A stretch of 63,856 nt of DNA, the filler included, from Olpidium bornovanus S191 (Eukaryota; Fungi; Olpidiomycota), in assembly GCA_017911155.1 (NCBI GenBank). It is 36 parts of 36 records of this genome, joined end to end, with 100 filler letters (N's around TTAATTAATTAA, not from the genome) between each part and the next. Parts side by side here need not be neighbours in the genome. Positions count along the whole stretch, not along the records: positions 58,475 to 59,518 come from JAEFCI010010833.1; positions 59,619 to 61,378 come from JAEFCI010009017.1; positions 61,479 to 62,541 come from JAEFCI010007076.1; positions 62,642 to 63,856 come from JAEFCI010010777.1; 32 more parts are not named here. The stretch is one strand, 5' to 3'. The number at the start of each line of letters is the position of its first letter. Within the stretch, counting starts at the first letter, position 1. Positions 58,861-63,856 of this stretch are shown here, piece after piece. Made by a program: the position numbers and the translations under genes. The notes beneath the pieces are model-generated. The model was not told the origin of the DNA. It searched no databases and saw only the letters and a program-made list of their open reading frames with translations.

Positions 58861-61663
58861 GCGGCCGCCCCTCCGGTGAGCAGCGGGCAGAACTACTCCT
58901 GAAAGGGCGCAAGGCCAACGGCCAGAAAACGCTCAGCATTGCTCTTCGGGTGGATGAGGCTGCCCACAAGGCTGGAAGCGTCGGACGCTTCCTCGAGACA
59001 ATCTTCACGTCCTTTGCAAAAGGCGTTTTACGACGTACTTTGCCTACCCAGAACACCGACATCCCTCAATGTGAGCACACGGACAAGCTGACGTGCGCGC
59101 CTGCGACTCGCGGCGCACGCGCTATTTTAAGAAACGGCGCCACCAGGTCCGGCTCTTTGGGGACGCCCGTTCGAATTGCCGGGCACTTGACTCCCGTCAG
59201 CAGCAAGTTGACGTGCTGCCGTTATTTCCACCCTCCAGGGACAACGCAACGCGGAACGAAGATCCTTCGCGAACTTGTCCGACCACCGCTGGAACACGGC
59301 AACTGTCTGGGCGTCTCAAGACGCGCGGACTCAAGAAGGAACGGGCGGGGGATGATCGTGGAAAATACCGGACAGGCAAGGATTTTTCCACCAACTTGCG
59401 CGGCTCTCTCCGCAGCTGATAGCGAGTTTCGACGTTCGGCGGCCGGCGCAAAACCGCTGAAGGGTTAGCCCAAGAATCGCGCAGTTTTGTAAGACCCGCC
59501 GGAACAAAACGGAGGCGCNNNNNNNNNNNNNNNNNNNNNNNNNNNNNNNNNNNNNNNNNNNNTTAATTAATTAANNNNNNNNNNNNNNNNNNNNNNNNNN
59601 NNNNNNNNNNNNNNNNNNCCCCCCCCTCCCCGTCCTCCTCCCCGTCCTCCTCCTCCTCCCTCCCTCGATGTCCAGAAGATTGTTGAAGTGGCCACAGCCA
59701 TGACGGAAATGGAGGTGCGACCGAAGGTACCAATGCCCGCCGCGCCCATGAAGAAACGGACCTACGTGCCGTAAGGCCAGATATTTTCGACATCGTAAAG
59801 CTCACTTCCTCTGCTATAGTAATGCGAAGGTCCTCCAGGATCGGCTGCGGCCGCAGCCGAGACTCGCTGGTCAGCGTCCCGGTTCCGGGGATGGTTGCGG
59901 GAGGCGCGCAATCCCCGCAGTCGGGTGTACTTTCGTTGAACTTCTTCGAGTATCTCCAACGTTGTTCTTTCAAACTCACCCACTTGGGGGTTGTCTCCTT
60001 GGATGTGGCGGCCATCACGCTGTCTGGCGTCTGCTTCGCTTCGTCCGGACGGCCGCGGCGTGACGGCAAAGCGGGCGGAGCTCAGTATTCCGTGATCCAG
60101 ATCCGGGAATAAACCGTGCGTCGGGCACGGCCACCATGCGAGATGCGCAGCAAACGTCAGAACGACGAGGCCGGTATTTCCCCGCCCACGGGATGTAGGT
60201 GGGCAGTCTGTGGGCGCTTTGAGCACCGCCCCATCCCATAACTCGCGTCCACCCACAATTTTAACGTTTGGCTGTAGATACTTCGCAACCCCCCAAGCGC
60301 ATTGTTTCTTCGTTGCCTAAATCCGTACGGCACCCTGAGCGCAGGCACGCTTCTTTAAGGATTCATAACCGTCCAAGGCTGTTTCATTAGGAACAGAATA
60401 CGGCACAACTCCATGTATACATAAATTGATATCCCAGCAAGTGAATGAATTTTTTGCAGGCACGCCGGAATTTCAAAAGCTACGGCCGGCGAAGTATACC
60501 CATTTCTACTTAGTGGTGACGACGCGACTCCGCAATGACATTGCTGAGCTCCTCGATCTTCGTCTTGGCCCGGACAAGAGTGCCGAGCTGAAAAATATTT
60601 GGCAATTACAAGAACGTCGTGGATCAACAGCCGCAAAAAGAAGAGAAATAAAAAATCATCGCGAAACTATCAAAATACCGCTGTAAGTATACCCACCCTC
60701 TTCTTTGCAAGCTTGCGCGCCCGCTTTTCCTTGGAATTCTTAAGCAATTCCATGATGCGGCGCTCATACGGCGCAAAACCAACGACTTCCCGGATGAGGG
60801 AACGGACGAACTTGTTGCGCGCTCCTGCAACCTGAACAGACCAAAAAACGGACAGTAGGAAAAAAAAAAAGATTAGTCAAATCTCACTCCTACGGTTCGG
60901 CGGCGCGTTCGAGGGTTAATTCCGCGATGCATGCGAGGTTGGAGTGGACGCCAGTCCTTTTTGGAGGTGCGACAGCGTCGGTCCGCCGGCACCTTTCCCG
61001 ACTGCAGGAGCGGGAAACCGGCGTTCCAGCTCTTTCTCCTCCTTCCGCCGAAGTCAGCACGCGTTCGTTTCCCCCGCCTTTTTCCCTTCTGAGGTGTGCT
61101 CTGCGGACGCAAGCGGGCTACTCACGCGGCGGATCGCGGGCCTCGGCTGGAGCTCTCTGACGGTGGTAATGTGGCCCCTGTTCTCCCCGACGAAAATGCC
61201 GGTCCGCTGAACGGGGGTCTTCGCCATGGCTGAGCGGCGTGTGTCTGGGCTTTCGCGTGCTGCGTTTGCGTTGCGGTTTGCGTTCCGCTCCCGTTCGCAG
61301 GGAAATGTGCCGACGGCCCCCGGCAGGTGCTCAACCGGTCACGTGCGCTCACCCCTCCCGCTTTCCGTCCCTCCCTCCNNNNNNNNNNNNNNNNNNNNNN
61401 NNNNNNNNNNNNNNNNNNNNNNTTAATTAATTAANNNNNNNNNNNNNNNNNNNNNNNNNNNNNNNNNNNNNNNNNNNNATCATGCACGGACGAGATCATT
61501 GATTCGGGGTTTCGCGAATTTTTCCCGATTTTCTTTTTTTCAATTTTTTACCTGGGATTCCCGTGGATTTGGAGATGACCGGGGAGGTTGGGACGTGTGT
61601 GGGTCGAGCCTGGTTTGAAAATTGTCGAGCAGGTCAATTTCCACGAAAACCAAGAGAGGCACC

Positions 61664-61702
<39 letters not shown>

Positions 61703-62734
61703 GCCACCGAGCCGTCGGGTCCACGGCCTCATCTTCCAAGCATGCACAGGCAAATCTTTTCGCCTTCGAGCAGCTAATAGAATAGTTTCAAACCGACATC
61801 GTTCCTACCCCTTTTGCTTCGACGACATAATCCACTTAAAGCCTAAGCATGTCTACAGCATACGTGCTACGGCATCGCGATGGTGAGAAGGGCACATTTT
61901 CCGCCCCCTGAGAAGCGGCCCCCTTCCCCTCAAACGCGGCCCACAACTCTTTTTGGAATTTGCGAGTGCGCGGGTGCATGTGTGTGTGTGTGTGTGTGTG
62001 TGGTGTGTTTGTGTATGTGATTGTATGCGTGTTTGAGTGTGTGTGAAGCGTGTGGGAGGGAAAGCGCTCACCGCCACCTTTCTGCGCCCCTTTTCCCGCC
62101 CTTCCCCTGCTTGCTTTCACCGCGCTCGGTTGTGAGGCGCACGACTTCCCCCCCGCCGACCTGGAAGAAGACAGATTCAAGGGGAAGTTGCGAAAGGTAT
62201 GCCGGAAACGCCGCGTTCAAGTCGCCTCTCTCTTCCCGAGAGTGCCGTTTGAGAGAGAAACGACGCTTTTGCGCAGGCAGCGGCAGCACGCCTCCGAACA
62301 ATGCCGGTTCTCACAAGGCCTTGCCGCGTGGCGACTCCTCTTATTTTTGCCCGTGCATTCTGCGGTCTAGCGGAGGGCAGTAACCGCAGACTACTACCCC
62401 TCCGCGCCACCATGGCCTCCATCACAAAGTGGGCCAGGTACGCGCCCCCCCCCCCCCCCCCCCCCCCCCCCCCCACGCCGTTACCACACCGCACTTCAGT
62501 TTCCCGCGTGTCCACCTGTTCACCCAGCCACGATGTCGTCCNNNNNNNNNNNNNNNNNNNNNNNNNNNNNNNNNNNNNNNNNNNNTTAATTAATTAANNN
62601 NNNNNNNNNNNNNNNNNNNNNNNNNNNNNNNNNNNNNNNNNACATAGTAAAACCGTTACGGAAGAGCGCTTTTTTCCTCACTAAGCGCAAAAAAAATAAC
62701 GACCTTGAGGAGATGGCGGATTAGAGATGGGGAA

Positions 62735-62772
<38 letters not shown>

Positions 62773-63856
62773 GGTCGACGGGAGAAAGAAAACGTGTCCC
62801 TGCGTTACGCGGACCGAGTGCCGTGGATCTGCTGTGGCCGTTCCCGACGGGCCAACCGACGACGTGAGCGAAGAGTGGACGTTACCTGCATAACAAAGCC
62901 TGTCGGGTGATCCGGCGGCGACGGCAAGTGAGCCATTAATACCACCACGCCTTCCCCCACCTTCCCCCTCCGCCTCGCAAGCGGAAAATCTCGGGCAGTG
63001 CGCCTGACCACAAAGCTACGGCTTACCGCTCAGCGGCCCGGCGAGCCAGACCACTGCTGCTAGTGATTTTGGCAGCCCCAGAGACAGGAGGAACGGTGTG
63101 CCTGACGGTTCCACGGCGTGATGAGCTTCGCAGTTTTGACGGAGAACCCCTCCCCTCTCCCTCCCCCACTCGCGGAGCCCCCGGCGTAGGTCTCCCATAC
63201 CTTGTGCCGTTTCAACGGACCCTGCGGTGGCGAGCGGCTCGTTAGAAGCTACCGATACGGAACCCATAACGGAACTCGCAGACGGGGAGCAGCTGACTCA
63301 CAGGTGAACTGCAGCCTTTACCAAGCCGGGAGGCGGGCGGGAACGGGAAGAGTCAGGCGGTTTCCGGCGCGCCCGAAAAGGGAAACCGTTTCCCCACCAG
63401 GCAGGTTGGCGGACGGCGCTCACCCGAGCAGAGAGACGGTCAGCAGCACCATCCGCGCGGTGACGCTCCTCTCGGCAGCGTGCGCCGCGGTCGCGCCAGG
63501 CACGGCCATGCGTGTTGGTTCGGGCGGGGAAGGGAGAGAGCGAAGCAGGAGAGCGGCAGTCGGGGGGTGGGGGGGGGGTGGTGCAGACGGATCCCGGACG
63601 CAGTCGCCGGGGCAAAGCGAGGCCGCTTTCGCGGGGGAACGCAGGATCCGGGCGCAGCCAGCCGCCTGGTCGCGGCGCGTCTCTGCGTCTCTCCGCGCGG
63701 CGCGGGCGGGCGGGCGGGCGGGTGTGTGTGTGTGATTGTGTGTGTCGCGCGCGCGGGGTGCGTGTGTGGGGAGAAAAAGGGAAGATCCCGAGAAAACTCC
63801 CTCCGCCCGGCTCCGCCCCCCGCGAACCCTAAGCACAAAACGGCGCGGCGGCTCCC

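Larger units (their letters stand above)
2646..62641. other. 35 artificial contig-joining linkers (N-run + TTAATTAATTAA + N-run, ~100 bp each), first at 2646, last ending at 62641
   Basis: The same 12-mer with stops in all six frames sits in the middle of every N block. Genes are truncated at the blocks. Confidence 0.97.

Noticed and set aside
59619-60690. Coding-like segments on both strands
   Set aside because: Could not settle strand, frame or family.
1-63856. Gene cluster or pathway formed by neighbouring genes (e.g. GT43 beside MOT1, or the run of transcription factors)
   Set aside because: The genes sit on separate short contigs, so their adjacency is artificial.

Overview
Eukaryotic, GC-rich, intron-rich fungal draft sequence. 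It is not one locus: 36 short contigs (about 1-3 kb) are joined by 35 artificial ~100-bp linkers (N-run + TTAATTAATTAA + N-run), so adjacency across linkers carries no biological meaning. Recognisable, mostly partial housekeeping genes: SNU114, IRE1, a YVC1/TRPY-like channel, CK2 beta, MOT1, SHQ1, TFB2, an RNF216-like RBR ligase, seipin, an MBP1/SWI4-type APSES-ankyrin factor, EAF6, SPT5, TAF1, fungal FAS beta, RABL2 and a WBP11-like C-terminus. Fungus-type genes (FAS1, APSES, YVC1) together with the cilium-associated GTPase RABL2 point to a flagellated, early-diverging fungus (Olpidium-like by inference, not verified). Transposon debris: two Ty3/gypsy remnants, a Ty1/copia remnant cut off by a small repeated element with a heptamer array, a FAR1/MULE-like ORF followed by degenerate TTAGGG repeats, and a twin zinc-knuckle ORF. 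Best leads: (1) a secreted Gly/Tyr/Lys-rich (GYGKK) peptide with an X-Pro dipeptide pro-region; (2) an uninterrupted GT43 glycosyltransferase with a Cys-rich N-terminal extension; (3) an intronless orphan secreted protein with a TATA box; (4) the palindrome-ended repeat element. Several oddities are probably technical: CATG contig ends, scrambled MOT1 exon order and Leu-to-Pro consensus changes. All family calls come from recalled motifs, with no database search.
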